Shown here piece by piece: positions 46,045 to 56,380 of a DNA stretch of 64,000 bases (positions within the stretch are counted from its first letter, which is position 1; the number at the start of each line of letters is the position of its first letter). The translations under genes were made by a program, and so were the position numbers. The notes beneath the pieces are model-generated. The model searched no databases. It had not been told where the DNA came from and saw only the letters and a program-made list of their open reading frames with translations. Where the stretch lies: assembly GCA_944319795.1 (NCBI GenBank), contig CALUFA010000004.1, positions 17,193 through 81,192 on the forward strand. Reading direction: 5' to 3'. This DNA is from an uncultured Prevotella sp. (GTDB lineage Bacteria > Bacteroidota > Bacteroidia > Bacteroidales > Bacteroidaceae).

Positions 46045-46614
46045 ATGGAAGCACTTAAGGAAAGGATATTGCGCGACGGCAAATGCCTTGAGGGAGGAAT
46101 ACTGAAGGTTGACGGCTTCATCAACCACCAGATGGATCCGGTTTTGATGAAGTCGATCGCCGTTGAGTTCGTAAGGCGTTTCGCGTCGACCGACATCAAC
46201 AAGATTGTCACTATCGAGGCCAGCGGCATAGCCCCGGCCATTATGACGGGCTATCTGCTCGAGCTGCCGGTTGTATTCGCAAAGAAGAAAAAGCCTGTAA
46301 CGATGGAGGGGATGCTTACGACGTCGGTGTTCTCGTTCACCAAGCAAAAGTCTTACGACATCTGCCTTAGCGGCGAATTCCTCGGGCGCGGCGACCGGGT
46401 GCTGTTCATCGACGACTTCCTTGCCAACGGCAACGCCGCCAAAGGCATAATCGACCTTGTTGAGCAGGCAGGGGCCGAGCTTGCGGGCATGGGGTTCGTA
46501 ATAGAAAAAGCATTCCAGCACGGCGGCGACTACCTGCGGCAGGCCGGAATACGGGTTGAGTCGTTGGCCGTAATTGAGAGTCTCGACGGTTGCAAGATAA
46601 AGTTGAAAGACTGA
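46045..46614 (+). CDS. xpt: xanthine phosphoribosyltransferase
   Basis: The likely start is [31 protein letters not shown], giving 189 aa. The PRPP-binding loop is [11 protein letters not shown]. Confidence 0.9.
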   Translation: MEALKERILRDGKCLEGGILKVDGFINHQMDPVLMKSIAVEFVRRFASTDINKIVTIEASGIAPAIMTGYLLELPVVFAKKKKPVTMEGMLTTSVFSFTKQKSYDICLSGEFLGRGDRVLFIDDFLANGNAAKGIIDLVEQAGAELAGMGFVIEKAFQHGGDYLRQAGIRVESLAVIESLDGCKIKLKD

Positions 46615-46633
46615 AAAACCAGACGCTTACGGT

Positions 46634-46945
46634 ATGAGAAGCAAGTCGAGGATTGAAGCTGAGAAGCGCACCGTAGAGACGATGATACGCCTGTATTGCC
46701 TGCGCAAGGAGGGCAACAAGGAATTGTGCGACGGGTGTAAGGCCCTGGCGGAGTATGCCGCCGCACGCCTGTCGAGATGCCCGTTCGGCGAGCGGAAGCC
46801 TACGTGCAGGCTTTGCAAGGTGCACTGCTACCGGCCCGAGATGAAACAGCGCATAAAGGAAATAATGCGCTACTCCGGCCCGAGGATGATGCTCTATCAT
46901 CCCATCATGGCCATACGCCACCTCATAAGGGAAATGTTTGTATGA
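46634..46945 (+). CDS. nitrous oxide-stimulated promoter (YgbA-like) family protein
   Basis: 103 aa with the Cys pattern C..C...C....KP.C..C..HCY. Confidence 0.75.
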   Translation: MRSKSRIEAEKRTVETMIRLYCLRKEGNKELCDGCKALAEYAAARLSRCPFGERKPTCRLCKVHCYRPEMKQRIKEIMRYSGPRMMLYHPIMAIRHLIREMFV

Positions 46946-47172
46946 GGTCATACGGTTTTACGGTTGTGAGGTTTTACGGTTGTGAGGTTTTACGGTTATG
47001 GGGTGTGGCTTATTAGGTTTTACGATTATGAGCCTCATAACCGTAAACAACCGCAAACATCCGTATAACCTTATAACCGTAAAACCCCATAACCGTAAAC
47101 AACCGTAAAACCACATAAACCGTATAACCCCACAACCGTAAAACCGTATAACCCTACACTAACCGTAAAAAA
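46943..47172. repeat. Family C word hairpin (largest copy)
   Basis: The left arm is gaggtcatacggttttacggttgtgaggttttacggttgtgaggttttacggttatgggg. The right arm is a run of ataaccgtaaa(a/c)a/ccgtataacc words. Confidence 0.75.
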
Positions 47173-47183
47173 CATTAAATCGT

Positions 47184-47214
47184 TTTGTAGGTTAAGGTTA
47201 TTTGCCTACCTTTG
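47184..47214 (+). promoter_or_regulatory. Bacteroides-type promoter (-33 TTTG / -7 TACCTTTG) for the alpha-2-macroglobulin operon
   Basis: TTTG at 47184-47187, a 19-nt spacer, then TACCTTTG at 47207-47214. The ATG is at 47314. Confidence 0.5.
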
Positions 47215-47313
47215 TAAAACGGTTTCAGGCCACTATGCCGCAAAAACGGTAATCAGGCTTTACGGCGTTGCGGCGTGAATACAAGGGAATAAGGAACGAA
47301 AAAATATTTTGTC

Positions 47314-50300
47314 ATGAGAAAAACAACGCTTTCTTTACTTATTATATCATTCTTAATGCCGATAAATATGTTTGCCGACGGATATACGGAACTGTGGAAA
47401 AAGGTTGACGACGCCGTAAAGCGCGACTTGCCCAAAACGCAGATCCAACACTTGGAAAGCATCGCTGCCAAGGCCGAAAAAGAGAAGAACTACGGCCAAC
47501 TGCTCAAAGCCGAGTGGCGGAAGATGCGGGCGTGGAGTACAATATCGCCTGATTCAACGGCTCCGCAGATGTCGCGCCTCGAACGGAAGGCAAAGAGTTA
47601 CGAACAGACCGACCCGGCATTAGCCGCAGTATGCTATGCCGCCCTCGGCAAGACGTGCAGCGAACGCCGTATGCAAGGATACCCAACCGACACTATTGCG
47701 CAGGCGTATTTTAAGAAAGCGCTGGCCGACCCCGCAATGCTCGCGTCGAAAAAAGCCGACGCCTACGGGCCGTTCGTCGTGAAGGGGCGCGATGCCGCCC
47801 TGTTCGGCAACGACCTGCTGAGCCTTATCGGCTATACGGCCGAGGATTACGCGGCTATGCACTCTTATTACGCCACCACCTCAAACCGCACCGCCGCGCT
47901 GCTCACGGCGCTCGACATGGTAAGGCAAAACGCCGCGAACAGCGGCGACGGCTACGTAAGGACGCTAAAAGGTTCGCGCTACGCCGCGTCGCTCGATTCG
48001 CTCATACGGCTATATTCTGACCTGGACGCATGCGGCGAAGTGGCCATAACAAAATATGAATTTATCTCACGTTGCAACGACGTTACGCCGAAAGACAAGT
48101 ACGACTTTATAAACAAAGCCGTGAGCCGCTGGGGCGCATGGCCGCGCATGCAGACGCTGCGCAACGCCGCTAAAGAGCTTACCAACCCTGAGTTTAACGC
48201 CGAAATGGAACACGACGTGATACTGCCCGGCAGCGAAAACCGACTAAAGGTGGAGGTGCGCAACATCGACCGGCTGACGCTTACGCTGACACGGCTCAAC
48301 GTAGACGGAGCGACCGGCCTTAACATTTACGACAAGAAGGATTACAACACTCTTAAGGCTAAGGCCGTAAGCGGAACGAAACAGACCCAGACAAAGAGCT
48401 TCGACCAATATGCCGAGTATGAAACCGTTGAGGACTCGTTCGCCGTAAGCGGACTACAGACTGGCGTTTACCTTATGGAACTTTCGGCAAGCGACAAGGC
48501 CGTAGAGGCGGAAAGACGGTTGGTTTACGTGTCAGACATGTTCATTGTCAGTCAAGAACTGCCCGGCAAAAAGATACGCTTTGCCGTAGTCAGCGGCATT
48601 ACCGGCCAGCCCGTGCCCGGCGCGAAGATAACAATAAAGAAGAGAAATGAAGGGCTACAGACCTTGACGTGCGACGACAAAGGCGAAGCGACATACGCTT
48701 ACGCTAAGGGTAACGACATCTGGGAGACACGCGCATATTGCGCAACGGACAACGCCCTGCCGTTCAATTCCACCAGCAACAGATTCTATTATTACGAAAA
48801 CAAAAGCACCCGCGACGCCGCGGCGATATACACCGACCGCAAGATATACCGCCCCGGGCAGACCGTGCATGCAGCCGTAATACTGCGCCACATAGACAGG
48901 CTTGAACAGACGGCCGTAGGCGGCAGGACTATCAAGCTGACACTGAAAGACGCAAACTATAAGACCGTGGCCGAAAAGGATGTCACCACCGACGCTTACG
49001 GCACGGCTTCGGCCGACTTCGCATTGCCGCAGGGCGGACTTACGGGCAACTATACGATAAGGACGGAGAACTCGCTCGGCGGCGTTGCAAGTTTCCGCGT
49101 CGAGGAATACAAGCGTCCGACGTTTGAAGTAACGTTCGACGACGTTAAGGAAAAATACGAGAACGGCGACACGCTGACCGTTACCGGGCGAGCCAAGGCA
49201 TATTCGGGCGTGCCCGTACAAGGCGCAAAGGTGAAATATAAAGTGCGTCGCGAGCAGGCATTGTGGTGGCGCATCGGCTATTTCGGCACGCTTAGCCTCA
49301 ACAATGACGATGAAGTACTGGCCGAAGGCGAAGCCATTACCGACGGCGACGGCGCATTCAAGATAGCCGTGCCTATGGTCCTGCCCGTATGGGAAGACGG
49401 TTGCGGCGTAAGCAGCGAAGAATATTACCGCATAGCCCGGTTCTATAACATAACAACGGAAGCCGACGTTACCGACATGGCCGGCGAAACCCACAACGGC
49501 GAACTGAGCCTTCCGCTCGGTAGCAAACCTACCGCCTTCGGGTGCGACTTGCCCGAAAAGACGCTCCGCGACAGCCTTAAGACGATAACGTTCACGCTGA
49601 AAAACTCGGCCGGCAACGACATTCCCGGCGACGTTACTTATACCGTGAGCGGCGTTGAAAGCACATTTACGGCGAAAGCCAATGCCGCAACGGAACTTAC
49701 ATGGAACACTATCGCCCAACTTAAGTCGGGCAAACATACGCTTACGGCCGTCTGCGCAGGCGACACGGTGAAGCGCGACTTCATCGTGTTTAGCTACGAC
49801 GACGCAACGCCTTGCGTAGAAACCCCCGACTGGTTCTACGTCTCTAACTCTGAATTTCCGCGCGACGGCAGTCCCGTTTACTTACAGTTCGGCTCGTCAG
49901 ACGAGGACGTGCATGTTCTTTATACCGTCGTTTCGGGCGACAAACTGCTGAAAAACGGAACGCTCGAACTTTCAAATAAGGTGGAGACACGCAAGCTGAC
50001 GTATAAAGACGAATACGGTTCGGGCTTGCTCGTCAACCTCGTATGGGTTAAGAATGGCAAGGCTTACAAGCATAACGTAAGCATAAAAAGACCGCTGCCC
50101 GACAAGCGGCTTATCCTGAAATGGAGCACCTTCCGCGACCGTCTGACTCCCGGACAGAAGGAAGAGTGGACGCTCAATATAACAAGACCCGACGGGAAAC
50201 CGGCAGAAGCACAGTTGCTCGCAACGTTGTACGACGCTTCGCTCGATCAGATAGCGCCGTTCTCATGGTGGTTCGCGCCGCTCATGTCGCAGTCGTTGCC

Positions 50301-52899
50301 CTTCACGCAATGGTACACGCCTAATTATTCTTGGCTCTTACTTGGCAGTTCGGCTCCGCTTAAGTTACCAAGCATAAACGATTTGGACTTCGGACGCATT
50401 GATACCGGCAGCCCTTATGGCGGCTACGGCGAAGTTCTTTTCGCAAAAGAAGAAATGGCAAGCGGCAGTATCATGATACGTGGCACAAGGCTTAACGCTC
50501 CGGTCATTGAGAAACACGCAGCCAGGGCCGACGTTGCACTCAAATCTGACGGCATAGTTTCACCCGAATCTCTCAGCCTCAACGAGTCCGCAGTTGCAAA
50601 CAACGCCGCAGGAGGCGATGGCAACGGCAACAACGGACAAGCAACCAACGTGCAACTACGTGAGAATCTCGAGGAAACCGCTTTCTTCTATCCCTCGCTC
50701 TGCGCCGACACGACAGGCAAGGTTTCAATTAAGTTCACACTGCCCGAAAGCGTTACGACGTGGCGTTTCATGGGCTTAGCGCACGACAAGCAGATGAACA
50801 ACGGACTGATTGATGCAAAAGCCGTTGCCAGCAAGACGGTAATGGTGCAGCCGAACATGCCACGCTTCGTCCGCGTTGGCGACCGTGCGCAGATTTCCAC
50901 ACGCATATTCAACACTTCGGAGAACGCCGTCGACGGCACGGCCGTTATGCAACTCGTCGACCCCGAGACGGAGAAGGTTGTGTTTGAAATGAAAAAGAAG
51001 TTCGACGTCGACGCTGATTCTACCGGCAACATAACGTTCAACTATTACGCCAACGGCAATTACCCGTTGCTCATTTGCAAGATTTTCGCCGAAGGAAAAG
51101 ACTTCAGCGACGGCGAGCAACACTACCTACCGGTACTTCCCGATGCCGAACTTGTAACTACGACGGTGCCATTCACCCAGCACGGAGCAGGCGTAAAGAC
51201 AATCGAACTGAAACCGCTTTTCCCCGAAGGAGCGCGCGACGGCAAGCTAACAGTTGAATACACCAACAATCCCTCATGGCTTATGATACAGGCGTTGCCC
51301 TACATAGGCAACACCAACGAGGACAACGCAATAAGCCTTGCGACGGCTTATTACGCCAACAGCATCAGCGCATACCTGATGAAACAGTCGCCAAGGATAA
51401 AGACCGTGTTCGACCAATGGCGCATGGAAGCAGGCCAAGAGAGCCTTGCAAGCAGCCTTGCGAAGAACCAAGAGCTTAAGAACATCGTGCTCGACGAGAC
51501 TCCGTGGGTAGCCGATGCCGACCTCGAGAGCGACCAAAAGCAGATGCTCGCCAACTATTTCAACGAGTCGACTCTTGCCAACAACCTTACGACAACGCTC
51601 GACAAACTACGCAGACTGCAAAGCACAACCGACGGGTCGTGGTGTTGGTGGCCGGGTATGCAATACGGTTCGCCCACGCTTACGGCAAGCATCGTCGAAA
51701 CATTGGTACGCTTAGACATGCTGACGGGAAAACATCCGGAAACGAAAACTATGGTTGACAAAGCGACGGAATACCTCGGAGGCATAGTCGTCAAGGAAGT
51801 AACAGAGGCGAAAAAGGCCAAGGCGGAAGGCAAACCATACTACATAATCTGGGACAACGCCGTGCGCTACCTTTACATCTGCGCCCTCAGCGACAGACAG
51901 ATGAATAACAACGAGGCAGATGCGGCAGACTTCATCCTAAATGAAGTCAAGGCTAACAACGTCAAGCTCGACTTGTACTACAAGGCTATCATGGCCGTAG
52001 TGCTTGCAAAACACGGCGACACGAAGCAAGCGCAAGAGTATGTGAAGAGCTTAGACGAATACACGGTGGCAACGGAAGAGATGGGACGCTACTACGATTC
52101 GCCGCGCGCCGGTTACAGTTGGTTCGACTACCGCATACCTACGCAAGTGGCTGCAATCGAAGCCATGACGTTGGTAGACGCCGCAGGATACGCCGACGAG
52201 GCGGAAGAGATGAAACGTTGGCTGCTCCAGCAGAAGCGAGTCCAGGGCTGGGATACGCCTATCAACAGCGCAAACGCCGTTTATGCGTTCCTCAACGGCA
52301 ACTTAAGCGTACTTGAAAACAAGGAACAAGCAGAGCTTGCCATCGACGATAAACCGCTCGACTTGCCACAAGCCACGGCAGGATTAGGTTATGTGAAAAC
52401 AACAACCGAACCGGGCAAGGCCAAGATTTTCACAGCAACGAAAACATCCGACGGCACATCGTGGGGCGCCGTTTACGCCCAGTCCCTGCAAAAGACATCG
52501 GCCGTAACATCTGCGGCGGCAGGCATAACGGTGGAAAGGGAAATCCTTAACGCCGACGGAAAGGCTGCTACGGCGTTGAGAGTAGGCGACCGTGTGAAGG
52601 TGCGCATAACGATAAATGCCGACCGCGACTACGATTACGTACAAGTGAAAGACAAGCGCGCGGCGTGCATGGAGCCATTAGGCCAGCTCAGCGGATACCA
52701 CCGGGGCTACTATTGCGCGCCGAAAGACAACGCTACTTATTATTATTTCGACCGCTTAAGCAAAGGCCGGCACATAGTTGAAACAGAATATTACATCGAC
52801 CGCGCCGGCCGGTACGAAACCGGTACGTGCACCGTTGAGTGCGCTTACGCTCCCGAATACTCTGCACGCACGGCATCACAAACAATTGAAATAAAATAA
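47314..52899 (+). CDS. alpha-2-macroglobulin family protein (MG domains, thioester-less form)
   Basis: 1861 aa with a signal peptide and bacterial A2M/MG2-like architecture. At the position where the thioester motif normally sits (PYGCxEQ) the protein reads LPYIGNTNEDNAISL (nt 51296-51345). There is no CxEQ anywhere in the protein. Confidence 0.8.
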   Translation: MRKTTLSLLIISFLMPINMFADGYTELWKKVDDAVKRDLPKTQIQHLESIAAKAEKEKNYGQLLKAEWRKMRAWSTISPDSTAPQMSRLERKAKSYEQTDPALAAVCYAALGKTCSERRMQGYPTDTIAQAYFKKALADPAMLASKKADAYGPFVVKGRDAALFGNDLLSLIGYTAEDYAAMHSYYATTSNRTAALLTALDMVRQNAANSGDGYVRTLKGSRYAASLDSLIRLYSDLDACGEVAITKYEFISRCNDVTPKDKYDFINKAVSRWGAWPRMQTLRNAAKELTNPEFNAEMEHDVILPGSENRLKVEVRNIDRLTLTLTRLNVDGATGLNIYDKKDYNTLKAKAVSGTKQTQTKSFDQYAEYETVEDSFAVSGLQTGVYLMELSASDKAVEAERRLVYVSDMFIVSQELPGKKIRFAVVSGITGQPVPGAKITIKKRNEGLQTLTCDDKGEATYAYAKGNDIWETRAYCATDNALPFNSTSNRFYYYENKSTRDAAAIYTDRKIYRPGQTVHAAVILRHIDRLEQTAVGGRTIKLTLKDANYKTVAEKDVTTDAYGTASADFALPQGGLTGNYTIRTENSLGGVASFRVEEYKRPTFEVTFDDVKEKYENGDTLTVTGRAKAYSGVPVQGAKVKYKVRREQALWWRIGYFGTLSLNNDDEVLAEGEAITDGDGAFKIAVPMVLPVWEDGCGVSSEEYYRIARFYNITTEADVTDMAGETHNGELSLPLGSKPTAFGCDLPEKTLRDSLKTITFTLKNSAGNDIPGDVTYTVSGVESTFTAKANAATELTWNTIAQLKSGKHTLTAVCAGDTVKRDFIVFSYDDATPCVETPDWFYVSNSEFPRDGSPVYLQFGSSDEDVHVLYTVVSGDKLLKNGTLELSNKVETRKLTYKDEYGSGLLVNLVWVKNGKAYKHNVSIKRPLPDKRLILKWSTFRDRLTPGQKEEWTLNITRPDGKPAEAQLLATLYDASLDQIAPFSWWFAPLMSQSLPFTQWYTPNYSWLLLGSSAPLKLPSINDLDFGRIDTGSPYGGYGEVLFAKEEMASGSIMIRGTRLNAPVIEKHAARADVALKSDGIVSPESLSLNESAVANNAAGGDGNGNNGQATNVQLRENLEETAFFYPSLCADTTGKVSIKFTLPESVTTWRFMGLAHDKQMNNGLIDAKAVASKTVMVQPNMPRFVRVGDRAQISTRIFNTSENAVDGTAVMQLVDPETEKVVFEMKKKFDVDADSTGNITFNYYANGNYPLLICKIFAEGKDFSDGEQHYLPVLPDAELVTTTVPFTQHGAGVKTIELKPLFPEGARDGKLTVEYTNNPSWLMIQALPYIGNTNEDNAISLATAYYANSISAYLMKQSPRIKTVFDQWRMEAGQESLASSLAKNQELKNIVLDETPWVADADLESDQKQMLANYFNESTLANNLTTTLDKLRRLQSTTDGSWCWWPGMQYGSPTLTASIVETLVRLDMLTGKHPETKTMVDKATEYLGGIVVKEVTEAKKAKAEGKPYYIIWDNAVRYLYICALSDRQMNNNEADAADFILNEVKANNVKLDLYYKAIMAVVLAKHGDTKQAQEYVKSLDEYTVATEEMGRYYDSPRAGYSWFDYRIPTQVAAIEAMTLVDAAGYADEAEEMKRWLLQQKRVQGWDTPINSANAVYAFLNGNLSVLENKEQAELAIDDKPLDLPQATAGLGYVKTTTEPGKAKIFTATKTSDGTSWGAVYAQSLQKTSAVTSAAAGITVEREILNADGKAATALRVGDRVKVRITINADRDYDYVQVKDKRAACMEPLGQLSGYHRGYYCAPKDNATYYYFDRLSKGRHIVETEYYIDRAGRYETGTCTVECAYAPEYSARTASQTIEIK

Positions 52900-52907
52900 A
52901 ACTTGAT

Positions 52908-53969
52908 ATGAAAAGAAGCGTTATACTTGCCGCATTGATGGCTTCCGCCGCGTTAGGAGCCCAGGCCCAGCGCATATCTGCGAAGCACGAAGTGATTGAC
53001 TGCGGCAACGTCATGTATGAAAGTCCGGTAACGGCAAAGTTCGAACTGCGCAACAAAGGCAGCGACTTGATTATCGACACGGTGAGAACCAGTTGCGACT
53101 GCGTAGTGGCCGACTATCCCAAAGGCGTAATCTCGAAAGGCGACAACTTCACGGTTGAAGTGACGTTCGACGCCCGTCAGTTAGGACATTTCCACAAGGA
53201 GGCGGCCATTTACAGCAACGCTTCGGACAAGCCGTTGTACCTGACGATGCGCGGCGTAGTAGTCGACCACCTGACCGACTTCACCGGACTCTACGACTTC
53301 ACGCTCGGAAGCGTGCGCGCGGACAAGAACAACATAGAGTTCGACGACGTGAACCTCGGCGAAAAGCCAATCCAGAAAATCCACATCATCAACAGCGGCA
53401 CCGAGAGCGTAAGCCCCGTAATAATGCACTTGCCCGACTACGTTACGGCGTCGGTGTCGCCAACGACGATCGCCCCTGGCCATACGGGCGTTGCTACGCT
53501 GACGTTGAACTCTACCAAGCTGCGCAGTTACGGCCTGACTCAATCGTCGGTTTACCTCGGGATGTTCCCCGGCGACAAGGTGGGCGACGACAAGGAAATA
53601 TCAATCTCGGCCGTATTGTTGCCTGAATTCAGGAACATGTCGGAAACGCAACGGCTCAACGCCCCGGTGATGAAACTCTCGACGGAGACCCTCGACCTCG
53701 GTTCGTTCGACGACAAGGACGAGAAGAGCGGCACCATCATCATCGAGAACCAAGGCAAGAGCAGGCTGAACATCAGCTCGATGCAGATGTTCACCAGCGG
53801 ACTCAAAGTGCGCCTGAACAAGTCGAGGCTCGACCCGGGCGAGTCGGCAAAGCTGAAAATCACGGCTTACAAGAAGCACCTGAAGAACGCAAGGAGCAAA
53901 CCGCGCGTGCTGATGATAACCAACGACCCCAACAAGTCTAAAGTTGTAATACACGTCAACGTGAAATAA
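52908..53969 (+). CDS. DUF1573 domain-containing protein (tandem Ig-like/PapD-like domains)
   Basis: 353 aa with a signal peptide. The N-terminal domain has F.L.N.G...L.I..V..SCDC, typical of DUF1573. The start is 8 nt after the A2M stop. Confidence 0.75.
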   Translation: MKRSVILAALMASAALGAQAQRISAKHEVIDCGNVMYESPVTAKFELRNKGSDLIIDTVRTSCDCVVADYPKGVISKGDNFTVEVTFDARQLGHFHKEAAIYSNASDKPLYLTMRGVVVDHLTDFTGLYDFTLGSVRADKNNIEFDDVNLGEKPIQKIHIINSGTESVSPVIMHLPDYVTASVSPTTIAPGHTGVATLTLNSTKLRSYGLTQSSVYLGMFPGDKVGDDKEISISAVLLPEFRNMSETQRLNAPVMKLSTETLDLGSFDDKDEKSGTIIIENQGKSRLNISSMQMFTSGLKVRLNKSRLDPGESAKLKITAYKKHLKNARSKPRVLMITNDPNKSKVVIHVNVK

Positions 53970-53984
53970 ACAGGCATACTAACG

Positions 53985-54056
53985 GTTGGAAGCGAACCGA
54001 CATCAAGCAAGGTACGGGCTGTCCGAACGCCGTTCACTTCCAACTGCCTTATTTTT
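53985..54056 (+). terminator. putative intrinsic terminator after the A2M/DUF1573 operon
   Basis: The stem pairs gttggaagcgaac with gttcacttccaac (1 mismatch), followed by tgccttatttttt. Confidence 0.4.
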
Positions 54057-54077
54057 TAATATTCCCTTAACTGCATA

Positions 54078-55175
54078 ATGACTATGGAACATCCCGAAAA
54101 CAGCAAAGAATACAAAGGCTTGACAGTAAACTCTGGCGTCGAGCAGCCTTCAATCGTGAACCCTTACCTGAAGCGCGGACGCTTCAAGCGGCACGAACTG
54201 TCGGTAGGCGACATGGTGGAAGGCATCCTGAAAGGCAACGTAACCATACTGAGCCAGGCCGTGACGCTGATAGAGAGCGTCAACCCCGACCACCAGATCA
54301 AGGCGCAGGAGGTGATAGAGAAATGCCTGCCTTACAGCGGAAGCTCGCTGCGCGTGGGCATCAGCGGAGTGCCCGGAGCCGGAAAGAGCACGTCGATCGA
54401 CCAGTTCGGCATGCACGTTCTCGACCGTTTCGGCGGAAAACTCGCCGTATTGGCCATCGACCCGAGCTCGGAACGCTCAAAGGGCAGCATACTCGGCGAC
54501 AAGACACGCATGGAAAAACTTTCGCAGCATCCCGACGCGTTCATCCGCCCCAGCCCTACGGCCGGCTCGTTAGGCGGAGTGGCACGAAAGACGAGGGAGA
54601 CGATAATACTCTGCGAAGCGGCCGGATACGACAAGATATTCGTCGAGACCGTAGGCGTAGGCCAAAGCGAAACGGCCTGCCACTCGATGGTAGACTTCTT
54701 CCTGCTGATACAACTCGCCGGAACGGGCGACGAGCTCCAGGGCATCAAGCGCGGCATCATGGAAATATCAGACGGCATCGTGATAAACAAGTGCGACGGC
54801 GAAAACGTGGACAAATGCCACTTGGCGGCGCGCAACTTCCGCAACGCCCTGCACTTCTTCCCCGCCCCGGAAAGCGGCTGGCAACCGAAAGTGTTGTGTT
54901 ACAGCGGCTTCTACGGCACAGGCATAAAGGAGATATGGGACATGGTTTACGAATACGTCAACTTCGTAAAAGGCAACGGATACTTCGCCTACCGACGCAA
55001 CGAGCAAAGCAAATACTGGATGTACGAAAGCATAAACGAGCACCTGCGCGGCAGTTTCTACAACAACCCGGCGATACAACAGCGCCTGAAAGAGGCCGAA
55101 CGCTCCGTGCTCGAAGGCAAGCGCACCAGCTTCGCCGCGGCAAAAGAACTATTGGATTTATATTTTAACAAGTAG
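54078..55175 (+). CDS. meaB: methylmalonyl-CoA mutase-associated GTPase (ArgK)
   Basis: 365 aa with the P-loop GVPGAGKST, and the DKIFVETVGVGQSE and INKCD motifs. Confidence 0.9.
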   Translation: MTMEHPENSKEYKGLTVNSGVEQPSIVNPYLKRGRFKRHELSVGDMVEGILKGNVTILSQAVTLIESVNPDHQIKAQEVIEKCLPYSGSSLRVGISGVPGAGKSTSIDQFGMHVLDRFGGKLAVLAIDPSSERSKGSILGDKTRMEKLSQHPDAFIRPSPTAGSLGGVARKTRETIILCEAAGYDKIFVETVGVGQSETACHSMVDFFLLIQLAGTGDELQGIKRGIMEISDGIVINKCDGENVDKCHLAARNFRNALHFFPAPESGWQPKVLCYSGFYGTGIKEIWDMVYEYVNFVKGNGYFAYRRNEQSKYWMYESINEHLRGSFYNNPAIQQRLKEAERSVLEGKRTSFAAAKELLDLYFNK

Positions 55176-55347
55176 AGTGAAACAGTTGAAGCAATCAAGA
55201 AAGCAGCTTGGAAAGTCTTAGGCGCATGCCTTATTTTAACCTCCCGGATTAAGACGGCATACCCAACGGCTTTAACTTCTTAGCCAACGCTGTGAGCGGT
55301 AACTTCCTTACACTCTTTAACTTCATAACTCCCGACAAAGACCAACC

Positions 55348-56199
55348 ATGCAAATAGAGATAGACAGCGGCAGTGGTTTCTGCTTCGGCGTGACCACCGC
55401 CATACGCAAGGCCGAAGAAGAGTTAGCCGAAGGCAAGACGCTTTATTGCCTCGGCGACATCGTACATAACGGCATGGAATGCGAGCGCCTGCGCAAAATG
55501 GGGCTGATAACCATCAACCACGACGAGATGAGCCGGCTGCACGACGTGAAAGTGCTGCTGCGCGCCCACGGCGAGCCTCCCGAGACATACGAGTTGGCAC
55601 GGCGCAACAACATCGAGATAATCGACGCCACATGCCCCGTCGTCTTACAGTTGCAAAGGAGGATTAAGCAGAAATTCGACTCAAGCCCCGACGCTCAGAT
55701 AGTAATCTTCGGCAAACCGGGGCACGCCGAGGTGCTCGGCCTCGTAGGGCAGACAAACGGACGGGCGACGGTTGTGGCCGACCTCGACGGAGTGAAGTCG
55801 CTCAACTTCAACCGCGACATATACCTTTACTCGCAGACGACAAAGTCTCTCGACGAGTTCCACCGCATAATCGACTACATATCGGCGCACATCTCGCCCG
55901 AAGCCACGTTCAAGAGCTTCGACACGATATGCCGGCAAGTGGCCAACCGCATGCCCAACATCAGCGCGTTCGCCAAGCGCCACGACCTGATACTCTTCGT
56001 GTGCGGACGCAAGAGCAGCAACGGGCGCGTGCTCTTCAACGAGTGCAAGAGCGTAAACCCCAACAGCCACCTGATAGAAGGGCCTGACGAAATAAGCCCC
56101 GAATGGATTGCCGGGGTTGAGACTATCGGCATTTGCGGAGCAACGAGCACGCCGAAATGGCTCATGGAGCAATGCCGCGACAAGATTCTTACGATATGA
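55348..56199 (+). CDS. ispH: 4-hydroxy-3-methylbut-2-enyl diphosphate reductase
   Basis: 283 aa with GFCFGV, DATCP and ICGATSTP (three Cys ligands). Confidence 0.95.
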   Translation: MQIEIDSGSGFCFGVTTAIRKAEEELAEGKTLYCLGDIVHNGMECERLRKMGLITINHDEMSRLHDVKVLLRAHGEPPETYELARRNNIEIIDATCPVVLQLQRRIKQKFDSSPDAQIVIFGKPGHAEVLGLVGQTNGRATVVADLDGVKSLNFNRDIYLYSQTTKSLDEFHRIIDYISAHISPEATFKSFDTICRQVANRMPNISAFAKRHDLILFVCGRKSSNGRVLFNECKSVNPNSHLIEGPDEISPEWIAGVETIGICGATSTPKWLMEQCRDKILTI

Positions 56200-56216
56200 C
56201 CGTTTTTTGAGCTAAT

Positions 56217-56305
56217 TGTAAAAGGCTGCCTTTCAGCGCATGAAAGGCAGCCTTTTACAATGCGAAAGACCGCATATTGCAAGGCAAAAGGCCGTAAAAC
56301 GCAAA
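56217..56305. repeat. Family A nested-palindrome array (between the convergent ispH and tatD genes)
   Basis: gtaaaaggctgcctttca-gcgca-tgaaaggcagccttttac is a 41-nt palindrome with 18-nt arms. Confidence 0.75.
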
Positions 56306-56380
56306 CACGGCCGTAAGACAGTAAAACAACGTCGGTCCGGAATAAAAAAACAAGGAAACACCAACGCCACGCAAAACGGC

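Noticed and set aside
55176-55347. A possible additional word-hairpin family (AGTTGAAG / TAACTTC words) between meaB and ispH.
   Set aside because: There is only one weak, poorly pairing example in the window, which is insufficient to call a family.
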